Below the pieces are notes generated by a model. The model did not search any database. It was given only the letters and a program-made list of their open reading frames with translations, and was not told the DNA's origin. Shown here piece after piece: positions 9,386-17,914 of a stretch of 64,000 nt of DNA. This DNA is from Candidatus Eiseniibacteriota bacterium (GTDB lineage Bacteria > Eisenbacteria > RBG-16-71-46). The translations under genes and the position numbers were made by a program. The DNA is taken from NCBI GenBank assembly GCA_963707915.1, contig OY970178.1:701821-765820 (forward strand). The letters run 5' to 3'. How positions within the stretch are numbered: position 1 is the stretch's first letter; each line of letters starts with the position of its first letter.

Positions 9386-10327
9386 GTGGCCGCGCCCCGC
9401 GTCATCGCCGTCGTCGGCGCGACCGCCACCGGCAAGACCGACCTCGGCGAGGCGCTGGCCGATGCGATCGGCGGCGAGGTGGTGTGCGCCGACTCGCGCC
9501 AGGTCTTCCGCGAGCTCGAGATCGGCACCGGCAAGCCGTCGGCCGCCGAGCGCGGGACGCGGCCGCACCACCTGTTCGACGCGCTCGAGCTCGGGCAACG
9601 GCCGAGCGCCGGCTGGTACGCGAAGGCGGCCGGCGCGGTCTGCGGGGCGATCCACTCGCGCGGCCGCACTCCCGTGCTGGTGGGCGGCTCGGGGCTCTGG
9701 CTGCGCGCCGCCCAGCACGGCCTCTCGGGGGAGCCGCCGCACGACGCCGCGGTGCGGGCCCGCGTCCAGGCGGAGCTGGACGCGGCCGGCCCCGAAGCAC
9801 TGCACGAACGACTGGCCGCCGTCGACCCGGTCACCGCCGCGCGGCTCTCGCCCCGCGACCGCCAGCGCGTCACGCGCGCGCTCGAGGTCCACGAGGCCAG
9901 CGGCCGGCCGCTCTCGTGGTGGCACGAGCGCGAGGGCGAGCCCGCGGTGGTGGGGGAGTGGGCGGTGCTGGAACTGGCGCTGCCGTCACCGGAGCTGGAC
10001 GGGCGGATCGAGCGGCGCACGCGCTGGATGTTCGAGAACGGGCTGGTCGACGAGACGCGGGCGCTGGTCGGGGCGGGAAAGGCGGAGCCGCTGCGGGCGC
10101 TGCGCGCCGTGGGCTACGACGAGGCGCTCGACCTGATCGCGGGAGGAATCGGTCGCGCCGAGGCCGAGGCACGCACGAGCCTGCGCACCCGCCAGCTGGC
10201 CAAGCGCCAGCGGACCTGGTTCCGGCACCAGGGCGAGGCGATCCGGCTGGAGGCCGGCGGGCCCGCGGGTGGCCGGCTCCTCGAGGCCGCACTGCGGGCG
10301 CTGGGCCCCGGCCGGGCACGATCCTGA
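9386..10327 (+). CDS. miaA: tRNA dimethylallyltransferase MiaA
   Basis: P-loop AVVGATATGKTDL, VCADSRQVFRELEIGTGKP, SGLW motifs; GTG start 9386 just after mutL stop. Confidence 0.85.
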   Translation: MAAPRVIAVVGATATGKTDLGEALADAIGGEVVCADSRQVFRELEIGTGKPSAAERGTRPHHLFDALELGQRPSAGWYAKAAGAVCGAIHSRGRTPVLVGGSGLWLRAAQHGLSGEPPHDAAVRARVQAELDAAGPEALHERLAAVDPVTAARLSPRDRQRVTRALEVHEASGRPLSWWHEREGEPAVVGEWAVLELALPSPELDGRIERRTRWMFENGLVDETRALVGAGKAEPLRALRAVGYDEALDLIAGGIGRAEAEARTSLRTRQLAKRQRTWFRHQGEAIRLEAGGPAGGRLLEAALRALGPGRARS

Positions 10328-10341
10328 GCGCCCCAGCCCGG

Positions 10342-10370
10342 TTGACACCATCGCGTTCGGGCACTAGGTT
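10342..10370 (+). promoter_or_regulatory. Putative sigma70-type promoter for tRNA-Gly (TTGACA-N17-TAGGTT)
   Basis: Perfect -35 hexamer TTGACA at 10342-10347, 17-nt spacer, weak -10 TAGGTT at 10365-10370, about 30 nt upstream of mature tRNA 5' end. Confidence 0.25.
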
Positions 10371-10400
10371 CAGCCCCGGCTTGAAGCGGACCTCGTGTGG

Positions 10401-10476
10401 GCGGGCATAGCTCAGTTGGTAGAGCGCGAGCTTCCCAAGCTTGAGGTCGCGGGTTCGACCCCCGTTGCCCGCTCCA
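10401..10476 (+). tRNA. tRNA-Gly (anticodon CCC)
   Basis: 76-nt cloverleaf folded by hand: acceptor GCGGGCA/TGCCCGC, D-arm GCTC-AGTTGGTA-GAGC, anticodon loop TTCCCAA, T-arm GCGGG-TTCGACC-CCCGT, discriminator T, encoded CCA. Confidence 0.9.
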
Positions 10477-10581
10477 TATCATCATGGCCTGAGGCGCACC
10501 GGCGCGGGTGGAACATCCTGCCGGCGCGTCGAGCCTTCCGAGGAGGCTTCCCTGGCCGCACCCGCGACTCGACAGCCCATC

Positions 10582-11877
10582 GTGGCCATCATCGGCCGCC
10601 CGAACGTCGGCAAGTCGACGTTCTTCAACCGCGTGCTCGGCGAGCGTCGCGCGGTGGTGCACGACCGGCCCGGGATCACCCGCGACCGCAACACCGCGCA
10701 GGCCGATTGGGCCGGCTACACCTTCCTGCTGGTGGACACCGGCGGCTTCCTGCCCGGCGCTGCCGAGGGCCGCGACGCGCGGGTCCGCCGCCAGGCCGAG
10801 ATCGCCATCGAGCTGGCCGACGCGGTGATCTTCATGGTGGACGTCAAGACCGGCGTGACGGACCTGGACGTCGCCATCGCCCGCGATCTGCGCCGCCGCC
10901 AGGTGAAGAGCCTGCTCGTGGTCAACAAGGTGGACAAGCCGGGCGACCTCGGCACCCATGACTTCCACCGCCTCGGGCTGGGCGTGCCCCAGCCGGTCTC
11001 ATCGGAGAACGGCTTCGGTGTCGGCGACCTGCTGGACGAGGTGGTCGCGCTGCTGCCCGGGCGCTCCGAGGAACTGGCGCCCCCGAGCACGCGGGTCGCC
11101 ATCGTGGGACGGCCCAACGTCGGCAAGTCGTCGATCGTGAACATGCTGCTGCGCGAGGACCGTGTCCTGGTGGAGCCCCTGGCCGGCACCACGATGGACG
11201 CCATCGACACCGAGTGGAAGACCCCCGCCGGCACCTTCACCCTGATCGACACGGCCGGCATCCGCCGCGAGTCGCGCTACCAGGACGAGGCCGAGTTCTA
11301 TGCCGTGGTGAGGGCGCTGAACGCCCTGCAGCGCGCGGACGTCGCCTGCCTGGTCCTGGACGCGACGCAGGGGTTCCTCAAGCAGGAGGCCCGGCTCGCG
11401 CACAACGCCCTGGACGCCGGCTGCGCGCTGTTGCTGGTCTACAACAAGTGGGACCTGATCGAGGGCCGGCACGAGGCCTGGGAGCGCCTGACGCTCGAGC
11501 GGACCGACCGCTACCCGACGCTCAAGGACCTCCCCGCGGTCCCGGTGTCGGCCACCGAGAAGATCAACCTCGGCCGCCTTCCGAAGCTCATCCTGCAGCG
11601 CGTCGAGGAGCACTCGCGCAAGATCCCCACCCGCGCGCTGAACGACTGGCTGGAGCAGGTGCAGCGGCAGCGCGGCGTGCCGTCCACCGGGAGCGGACTC
11701 ATCCCCAAGCTGTACTACATCGCCCAGACCGGCTCCTCGCCGCCCGAGTTCACCCTGTTCGTGAACCACCCGCAGCGGCTCAACGACAACTACCGCCGCT
11801 TCCTCTGGCTGCGCTTCGCGGAGCACTTCGGCTTCCACGGCACGCCGCTGAAGATGCGCGTGCGCAAGAGCGAGTAG
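10582..11877 (+). CDS. der: Ribosome-associated GTPase Der (EngA), two GTPase domains
   Basis: Two G-domains (GRPNVGKSTFFN...DTGG and GRPNVGKSSIVN...DTAG) and KH-like C-terminus; no ATG between tRNA and first G1 motif; start placed at GTG 10582 but uncertain (alternative CTG about 10554 behind GAGGAGG). Confidence 0.8.
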   Translation: MAIIGRPNVGKSTFFNRVLGERRAVVHDRPGITRDRNTAQADWAGYTFLLVDTGGFLPGAAEGRDARVRRQAEIAIELADAVIFMVDVKTGVTDLDVAIARDLRRRQVKSLLVVNKVDKPGDLGTHDFHRLGLGVPQPVSSENGFGVGDLLDEVVALLPGRSEELAPPSTRVAIVGRPNVGKSSIVNMLLREDRVLVEPLAGTTMDAIDTEWKTPAGTFTLIDTAGIRRESRYQDEAEFYAVVRALNALQRADVACLVLDATQGFLKQEARLAHNALDAGCALLLVYNKWDLIEGRHEAWERLTLERTDRYPTLKDLPAVPVSATEKINLGRLPKLILQRVEEHSRKIPTRALNDWLEQVQRQRGVPSTGSGLIPKLYYIAQTGSSPPEFTLFVNHPQRLNDNYRRFLWLRFAEHFGFHGTPLKMRVRKSE

Positions 11878-11881
11878 CGCG

Positions 11882-12520
11882 GTGGCCGCGGCCCTGCTGC
11901 TGTGCGTCGCCATCGCCTACGGGAGCGGCTCGCTGCCCTGGGGACTGTGGATCGGCCGGCTGGCGCGCGGCGTGGACGTCCGCACGATCGGCTCCGGCAA
12001 CCTGGGGGCCACGAACGTCTACCGCTCCCTGGGCCCCGCGCTCGGCATCCTCACGCTCGTCCTGGACATCGCGAAGGGGGCATTGCCGGTGTGGCTGCTG
12101 CCGCACGCCGCCTTCGCCGCGGCGTTCCCGGGCGGTCCCGAGTGGTGCCGGCTGGCCGTGGGGGTCGCCGCGGTGGCCGGGCACGTCTGGACCTGCCTGG
12201 CCGGCTTCAAGGGCGGCAAGGGCGTGGCCACCACCACGGGCGTGCTGCTCGCGCTGGCCCCCGTCGCCTTCGGCGTCTTCGTGGGGGTCTTCCTGCTCAC
12301 CCTGGCGGCCACGCGCTTCGTCTCGCTGGGCTCGACGCTGGGCGCGCTCGCCTTCGCCGTGGCGCTCGGCTTCCTGGCGCCGGGCGGCCTGCGCAGCCCC
12401 ACGTTCCTGCTGGGCCTGTTGCTCGCGGTGCTCGTGGTGTTCCGGCACCGCGACAACTTTCGCCGGCTCGCGCGCGGCGAGGAGCGACGCTTCTCGTTCC
12501 GGGGAGGGCGGACGTCATGA
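11882..12520 (+). CDS. plsY: Glycerol-3-phosphate acyltransferase PlsY
   Basis: GTG start; PlsY motifs (GSGNLGATN, KGGKGVAT); multi-pass membrane protein; conserved der-plsY-gpsA order. Confidence 0.85.
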   Translation: MAAALLLCVAIAYGSGSLPWGLWIGRLARGVDVRTIGSGNLGATNVYRSLGPALGILTLVLDIAKGALPVWLLPHAAFAAAFPGGPEWCRLAVGVAAVAGHVWTCLAGFKGGKGVATTTGVLLALAPVAFGVFVGVFLLTLAATRFVSLGSTLGALAFAVALGFLAPGGLRSPTFLLGLLLAVLVVFRHRDNFRRLARGEERRFSFRGGRTS

Positions 12521-13506
12521 GCACCGTGGCGGTGCTGGGGGCCGGCTCCTGGGGAACGACGCTGGCGATCCACCTGTGCCGGGCCGGGTCCGACGTCCGG
12601 CTCTGGTGCAACGTGCAGGCGGACCTCGAGGCCATGCTCCGCGACCGGGAGAACCGGAAGTTTTTGGCTGGCATCAGGCTCCCCGATGGGGTTAAGGTTC
12701 TACCGGAGCTGGAGGCCGCGCTCGAGTCGGCGGATTTCACGTTTTACGTGGTGCCCTCGCAGGCGGTCCGCGAGGTGGCGCGCAAGGTCGCTCTCGTCGG
12801 GCACGGCGGCGTGCCGGTGTGCGCGGCCAAGGGCCTCGAGCTCGGCAGCCTCAAGCGCATGAGCGAGGTGCTCTCGGAGTGCCTCGGCGATCCCGGCCCG
12901 GTGGTCCTCACGGGCCCGAGCCACGCCGAGGAGGTCAGTCGCGGCATCCCGACCACGGTGGTGGCCGCCGCGGCGGACGAATCGCGGGGCCGGGCGGTGC
13001 AGTTGCTGTGCTCGACACCGGCGTTCCGCGTCTACACGAACACCGACGTCGTCGGCTGCGAGTACGCCGCGGCGTTGAAGAACGTCATGGCGATCGCCGC
13101 CGGGGTGTGCGACGGCATCGGCTGGGGGGACAACACCAAGGGCGCGCTGCTCACGCGGGGGCTGGCCGAGATCTCGCGACTGGGCGTCGCACTCGGCGGG
13201 CGCCGCGAGACCTTCTTCGGGCTCGCGGGCCTGGGGGACCTGATCACGACGGCCATGAGCCGCCATAGCCGGAACCGGCACGTGGGGGAGGAGATCGGGC
13301 GCGGCCGCCCGCTCGCCGACGTGCTGGGGGACATGGTGATGGTCGCGGAAGGCGTGACCACCGCCCGCGCGGCCCGCGACCTGGGCCGGGCACACGAGGT
13401 CGAGTTGCCGATCACGGAACAGGTGTGCGCGATGCTGTTCGAGGGCCGCAGCCCCCGCGAGGCGGTGCAGAGCCTCATGACGCGAGACCTGAAGAGCGAG
13501 CAGTGA
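12517..13506 (+). CDS. gpsA: NAD(P)H-dependent glycerol-3-phosphate dehydrogenase GpsA
   Basis: Rossmann motif VLGAGSWGT; GpsA core (KGLE, GPSHAEEV, YTNTDVVGCEYAAALKNVMAIAAG); ATG overlaps plsY stop (ATGA). Confidence 0.9.
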   Translation: MSTVAVLGAGSWGTTLAIHLCRAGSDVRLWCNVQADLEAMLRDRENRKFLAGIRLPDGVKVLPELEAALESADFTFYVVPSQAVREVARKVALVGHGGVPVCAAKGLELGSLKRMSEVLSECLGDPGPVVLTGPSHAEEVSRGIPTTVVAAAADESRGRAVQLLCSTPAFRVYTNTDVVGCEYAAALKNVMAIAAGVCDGIGWGDNTKGALLTRGLAEISRLGVALGGRRETFFGLAGLGDLITTAMSRHSRNRHVGEEIGRGRPLADVLGDMVMVAEGVTTARAARDLGRAHEVELPITEQVCAMLFEGRSPREAVQSLMTRDLKSEQ

Positions 13507-13958
13507 AACCCGCATCGCCCGCGCCACGCCGCGGCGGGACCGGCACGGGCCGGCAGGGGAGGATCGAATTGTCGCCGCTCAAGACGGAACCCGAGTCCGA
13601 GTCCAGGCTCTACCGGCCCATCAGCGATGTCGCCGAGGTCGTCGGCGTGAAGCCGCACGTGCTGCGTTACTGGGAGACGCAGTTCAGCATGCTGCGCCCC
13701 AAGAAGAACCGGGCCGGGAACCGCATGTACCGGCCCGACGAGGTGAAGCTGCTGTTCCGGATCAAGGAGCTGCTCTATGACCGGCGCTTCACCATCGCCG
13801 GTGCGAAGCGGCACCTGCTGGACCTGCGCAAGGAGCCCGCGCCGCAGCAGGTGGAACTGGTCTTCGGCGAGGCCGAGAAGAAGCTCGCGATCCACGAGGT
13901 GAAGACCGAGCTCAAGCAACTCCTCAGCCGCCTGCGCAAGCCGGGGCTGCACGCCTGA
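13503..13958 (+). CDS. MerR-family transcriptional regulator
   Basis: HTH resembling MerR family ([22 protein letters not shown]...NRMYRPDEV) followed by coiled-coil; start uncertain (GTG 13503 overlapping gpsA stop, or TTG near 13570). Confidence 0.65.
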   Translation: MKPASPAPRRGGTGTGRQGRIELSPLKTEPESESRLYRPISDVAEVVGVKPHVLRYWETQFSMLRPKKNRAGNRMYRPDEVKLLFRIKELLYDRRFTIAGAKRHLLDLRKEPAPQQVELVFGEAEKKLAIHEVKTELKQLLSRLRKPGLHA

Positions 13959-13988
13959 TCGGCGCCCCGGCCCCGCCCGGACGCCCAC

Positions 13989-14017
13989 TTGCGCGATGGG
14001 CCGCGGTCGCATAGATT
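13989..14017 (+). promoter_or_regulatory. Putative promoter for tRNA-Pro(GGG) (TTGCGC-N17-TAGATT)
   Basis: -35-like TTGCGC 13989-13994, 17-nt spacer, -10-like TAGATT 14012-14017, 19 nt upstream of tRNA 5' end. Confidence 0.25.
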
Positions 14018-14036
14018 CACGTCGCAACGCATCGGT

Positions 14037-14113
14037 CGGGGCGTAGCGCAGCCCGGTAGCGCACCTGCATGGGGGGCAGGGGGTCGAAGGTTCAAATCCT
14101 TTCGCCCCGACCA
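14037..14113 (+). tRNA. tRNA-Pro (anticodon GGG)
   Basis: 77-nt cloverleaf: acceptor CGGGGCG/CGCCCCG, D-arm GCGC-AGCCCGGTA-GCGC, anticodon stem CCTGC/GCAGG with loop ATGGGGG (U33, G37), T-arm GAAGG-TTCAAAT-CCTTT, encoded CCA. Confidence 0.9.
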
Positions 14114-14200
14114 CTTTCACTGCGGCGTTCCCCACGCCGCCCGGCGCACCCCGCGCCTCCCGCCTCGCCCGCCCCGCGCCTTGACCGCGCTCCGTTCGTC

Positions 14201-14228
14201 GTGTTACGAAGTGCGCGAAAGGTCACAC
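14201..14228 (+). promoter_or_regulatory. Candidate NikR operator: imperfect palindrome GTGTTAC-N14-GTCACAC ending immediately before the nikR ATG
   Basis: Half-sites at 14201-14207 and 14222-14228; right half differs at one position from the exact reverse complement GTAACAC; resembles the NikR box consensus GTGTTAC-N13/14-GTAACAC as I recall it. Confidence 0.4.
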
Positions 14229-14229
14229 C

Positions 14230-14646
14230 ATGAACAGACCCCCGCTCACCCGGTTCACCATCTCGATGCCACGCGTCCTGGCCGGGCAACTCGACTCCAT
14301 GGCCAGGGCCAAGGGCTACGCCAACCGCTCCCAGGCGGTCGCGGACATGGTCCGCGCCCACCTGCTGGAACATCGCGCGCAGGCCGGGACCCACGAGATC
14401 GCCGGCACCATCACGCTGGTCTACGACCACCACCGGCGGAACATCCAGGCGCTCCTGACGAACCTCCAGCACGACCACGGCGACCTCATCGTGGCCACGC
14501 TGCACGTCCACCTGAGCCACCACGACTGCATGGAGGTGCTCGCGGTGCGCGGGCCGGCGGATGCCGTGAAGCGCCTGGCCGACCGCCTCACCGCCGCGAA
14601 GGGTGTCACGCACGGCCGGCTGACCGTGACGACGACCGGCGAGTAG
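14230..14646 (+). CDS. nikR: Nickel-responsive regulator NikR (ribbon-helix-helix plus C-terminal metal-binding domain)
   Basis: N-terminal RHH (RFTISMPRVLAGQLDSMARAKGYANRSQAVADMVR) and C-terminal His/Cys-rich domain (HVHLSHHDCMEVLAVRG). Confidence 0.85.
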   Translation: MNRPPLTRFTISMPRVLAGQLDSMARAKGYANRSQAVADMVRAHLLEHRAQAGTHEIAGTITLVYDHHRRNIQALLTNLQHDHGDLIVATLHVHLSHHDCMEVLAVRGPADAVKRLADRLTAAKGVTHGRLTVTTTGE

Positions 14647-14697
14647 CCCCGCGATCGCGCGGCGGCTGCCACCCGGCCCCGAGAAGGAGGGACCCCA

Positions 14698-15690
14698 GTG
14701 CACATCCCCGACGGCTTCCTCGACGCGAAGACGGCGGTGACGACCGGCGTGCTGGCGACCGCCGGCCTGGGGCTGGCGCTGGCAGCCGTGCGTCGCACCG
14801 TCCCCCCGCGGCGGATTCCGTTGATCGGCCTGGCGGCGGCCTTCGTCTTCGCCGCGCAGATGCTCAACTTCCCGGTCGCGGGCGGGACCTCGGGGCACCT
14901 CATCGGAGCCGTGCTCGCGGCGGTGCTGCTCGGTCCGGCCGCCGCGGTGCTGGTCATGAGCGCCGTGCTCATCCTGCAGTGCCTGATGTTCGCCGACGGG
15001 GGCGTGACGGCGCTCGGCGCGAACCTGTTCAACATGGCGCTGGTCGCGCCGACCGTGGGCTACGTCGTCTACCGCGTCCTGCGACGCGTCGCGGGGGAGG
15101 GGTTGCGCGGGCGGCTCTTCGCCACGGCCTTCGCCGCCTGGTCCTCGACCGTCGCCGCCGCGCTCTCCTGCGCCGGGCAGCTCGCGCTGTCGGGCACCGT
15201 CCCGCTGCGGGCCGCGCTGCCCGCGATGGGCGGCGTCCACATGTTCATCGGCCTCGGCGAGGCCGTCATCACCACCCTCGTGGTCGCGGCGGTCGCCCGG
15301 GCGCGCCCCGAGCTGCTGCTCGAACCGGCCGGACCGGGGCCACGGCCGCGCCTGGGCGAGCTCGCGGCGCGGGGTCTGCTGGTCGCGCTGGCGCTGGCGC
15401 TCTTCGTGGCGCCATTCGCCTCGCGCTGGCCCGACGGCCTCGAGCGGGTCGCCGCGACCCTGGGCTTCGAGCACCGGGCGGCGCCCCCCGTCCTCGCTTC
15501 CCCGCTCCGCGACTACCGCTTCCCCGGGATCGGCTCCGCCGCGCTCGCCACGGGCATCGCCGGCGGCGCCGGCACCCTGGTCGCGTTCGTCCTGGCCTGG
15601 TTGCTCGCCACCCTGCTGACGCCTTCCCGCGGCGCCGGCGCCCCGCGGGGCGGGAAGGGGCCCCATGGCGATGCGCCGCGCCCTGCTTGA
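14698..15690 (+). CDS. cbiM: ECF transporter substrate-specific component CbiM/NikM with C-terminal PDGLE-motif domain
   Basis: Canonical CbiM N-terminus MHIPDGFLD (GTG start translated as M); multi-TM; C-terminal extension containing WPDGLERVA (PDGLE-domain-like); RBS aaggaggga. Confidence 0.85.
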   Translation: MHIPDGFLDAKTAVTTGVLATAGLGLALAAVRRTVPPRRIPLIGLAAAFVFAAQMLNFPVAGGTSGHLIGAVLAAVLLGPAAAVLVMSAVLILQCLMFADGGVTALGANLFNMALVAPTVGYVVYRVLRRVAGEGLRGRLFATAFAAWSSTVAAALSCAGQLALSGTVPLRAALPAMGGVHMFIGLGEAVITTLVVAAVARARPELLLEPAGPGPRPRLGELAARGLLVALALALFVAPFASRWPDGLERVAATLGFEHRAAPPVLASPLRDYRFPGIGSAALATGIAGGAGTLVAFVLAWLLATLLTPSRGAGAPRGGKGPHGDAPRPA

Positions 15691-16285
15691 GCCGTACCAG
15701 CACCGCCCGAGCGCGATCCACCGGCTCCCGGCGGGGGTCAAGGCCGGCGCGGCGCTCGCGTTCGTGCTCGCCGTCGTTCTGCTGCCCCGCGCGTCGTGGG
15801 CCGCCTACGGGGCCGGGGCGGGGCTGCTGCTGCTGGTCGCCGGGCTCTCGCGCATCGCGCCGGCGGCGCTCGCCCGCCGGCTCCTGCTGGTCGAGCCCTT
15901 CGCCCTCGGCGTCGCGCTGCTCACGCTCCTGCAGCCGGACGGGGTCCGGGTCTTCGCCGTCACGCTGACCCGGAGCACGCTGTGCCTGTCCTGCATGGTG
16001 CTGCTCTCCGCCACGACGCGCTTCTCCGCCGTCCTCGGCGTGCTCCGGCGCGTCCGCGTCCCGTCCCTGCTGGTCACCACGCTGGCGCTCATGCACCGCT
16101 ACCTCTTCGTGCTCGCCGACGAGGGCGGCCGCATGGCGCGCGCCCGTCGCAGCCGCACCTTCACCGCGGACCGCGCGTCGGCCTGGCGCTCGTCCGCCTC
16201 GGTCATCGCGCACCTCTTCGTGCGCAGCAGCGAGCGCGCCGAGCGCATCTACGCGGCGATGTGTGCGCGGGGCTGGAGGACATGA
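15665..16285 (+). CDS. cbiQ: ECF transporter transmembrane (T) component CbiQ/NikQ
   Basis: 206-aa hydrophobic protein with CbiQ-like Arg-rich C-terminal region; overlaps cbiM by 26 nt and cbiO start. Confidence 0.75.
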   Translation: MAMRRALLEPYQHRPSAIHRLPAGVKAGAALAFVLAVVLLPRASWAAYGAGAGLLLLVAGLSRIAPAALARRLLLVEPFALGVALLTLLQPDGVRVFAVTLTRSTLCLSCMVLLSATTRFSAVLGVLRRVRVPSLLVTTLALMHRYLFVLADEGGRMARARRSRTFTADRASAWRSSASVIAHLFVRSSERAERIYAAMCARGWRT

Positions 16286-17030
16286 ACGCGCTGGAGGTCC
16301 GGGGCCTCGGCTACCGCTACCCCGACGGCACGACCGCCCTTCACGACGTCCGATTCGACGTGGCCGAAGGCGAACGCGTGGCGCTCATCGGTCCCAACGG
16401 CGCCGGCAAGTCCACGCTGCTGCTCCACCTCAACGGGCTGCTGCCCGAGCGTGCGGCCGCGGTCCCCGCCGTCCACGTCTTCGGCAACCCGGTCGCCGAG
16501 CCCCACCTGGCGGCCATCCGGGCCCGCGTCGGACTGCTGTTCCAGGACCCGGACGACCAGATCTTCTGCCCGACCGTGTGGGAGGACGTCGCGTTCGGCC
16601 CGCAGCAGCTCGGCCTGCGCGGGGCCGACCTCGCCGCCCGCGTGAACGCGGGCCCTCGACCAGGTCGGCCTCGCGGGCTTCGACGAGCGCCTGCCCCATC
16701 ACCTCAGCCGGGGCGAGAAGCGCCGTGTCTGCCTGGCGGGCCTGCTCGCCTGCGAGGCCCGCCTGCTGGCGCTGGACGAGCCGACCAGCGACCTCGACCC
16801 GCGCGGCCGCCGGGAGCTGAAGGGCCTGCTCGCGAACCTCCCGGTGGCCCAGGTGATCGCGACCCACGACCTCGAGCTGGTGGTCGAGCTCTGCCCGCGC
16901 GTGATCGTGCTCGACCGGGGGAGCGTGGTGGCACAGGGGCCGACGCGCGGAGCTGCTCGCGGACGAGGACCTGATGCTGGCGCACGGCCTCGAGCGACCG
17001 CACGTCCTCCGCCACCGGCATCCGCACTGA
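16282..17030 (+). pseudogene. cbiO: ECF transporter ATPase CbiO/NikO, disrupted by two +1 frameshifts (pseudogene or sequence error)
   Basis: Walker A GPNGAGKST and Q-loop LLFQDPDDQ in frame 1 (16282 to about 16647); signature LSRGEKRR, Walker B LLALDEPTSDLD, H-loop IATHDLE in frame 2 (about 16652-16948); C-terminus ELLADEDLMLAHGLERPH in frame 0 to stop 17028-17030. Confidence 0.8.
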
Positions 17031-17092
17031 GCCCGCGGCGCCCCGGGCGCGGGCTTGCAAGTTGCCGGTCCGCGCCGCAAAGTGACTCCGAC

Positions 17093-17914
17093 ATGCTCAC
17101 CTGGATGCTGTATCTCGCCGCCGACCGGCTGGTCCGCGCGCTGCCCGCCGCGGCGGCCGACCGCCTGGCCGTGGGGATCGCGCGGCTGGTCTTCGCGCTG
17201 CGGGTGCCGGCCCGTGCCCGCCTCGAGGAGAACCTGGCGCGGCTGCTCGCGGGCGAGCCCGGGGCGCCGTTCGACGCCGTGGCGCGCGAGGCGTTCGACA
17301 ACTTCGCGAGAAACTTCGTCGACTTCCTGAGGCTCGGCCACGCTCCGCCCGGCGCCCTGGCCGGGGCGGTCGAGGTGCACGGCGCGGAACACCTCGAGGC
17401 CGCGCGCAACTCGGGGCGCGGCGTGATCCTGCTGTCGGCGCACCTCGGCAACTGGGAGCTGGGCGCCGCCTGGCTCGCCGCCGGCGGCACGCCGGTCCAC
17501 CTGGTCGCGCGTCCGCACGGGAGTCCGCGGGTCGAGCGCTTCTACGCGCGCCGCCGCCGCGCCTGGGGCGTGCGCCTGATGCCCGAGCGGCCGCTCTGGC
17601 GCCCGGCGGCCGCCGCCCTTCGCCGCCGCGAGTGGGTCGCCCTGATGGCGGATCGCGGGGCGCCCGGACCGCAAACGGGCCGGCGCGCCTCGGTCTGTGC
17701 CTGGGCCGCGGTGCTGGCCCGGCGCACCGGCGCCCTGGTGCTCCCGGCGGTGATCGTGCGCCGGCCCGGCGGACGCTACGCGCTCCACTTCGAGCATCCG
17801 CTCGAGCCCGCCGCGGTGCGCGCCGACGGCTTCGTCGAGAGCCTGCGCCGTCACCTGCGACAGCATCCGCGGCAGTGGTCCGCGTTCGAGCCCCTGCCGG
17901 AGGGCCTGGCCTGA
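17093..17914 (+). CDS. Lysophospholipid/lipid A acyltransferase family protein (HtrB/LpxL-like)
   Basis: LPLAT-type motifs (GVILLSAHLGNWELG, ADRGAPGP, LPAVIVRRPGGRY); ATG 17093. Confidence 0.7.
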   Translation: MLTWMLYLAADRLVRALPAAAADRLAVGIARLVFALRVPARARLEENLARLLAGEPGAPFDAVAREAFDNFARNFVDFLRLGHAPPGALAGAVEVHGAEHLEAARNSGRGVILLSAHLGNWELGAAWLAAGGTPVHLVARPHGSPRVERFYARRRRAWGVRLMPERPLWRPAAAALRRREWVALMADRGAPGPQTGRRASVCAWAAVLARRTGALVLPAVIVRRPGGRYALHFEHPLEPAAVRADGFVESLRRHLRQHPRQWSAFEPLPEGLA

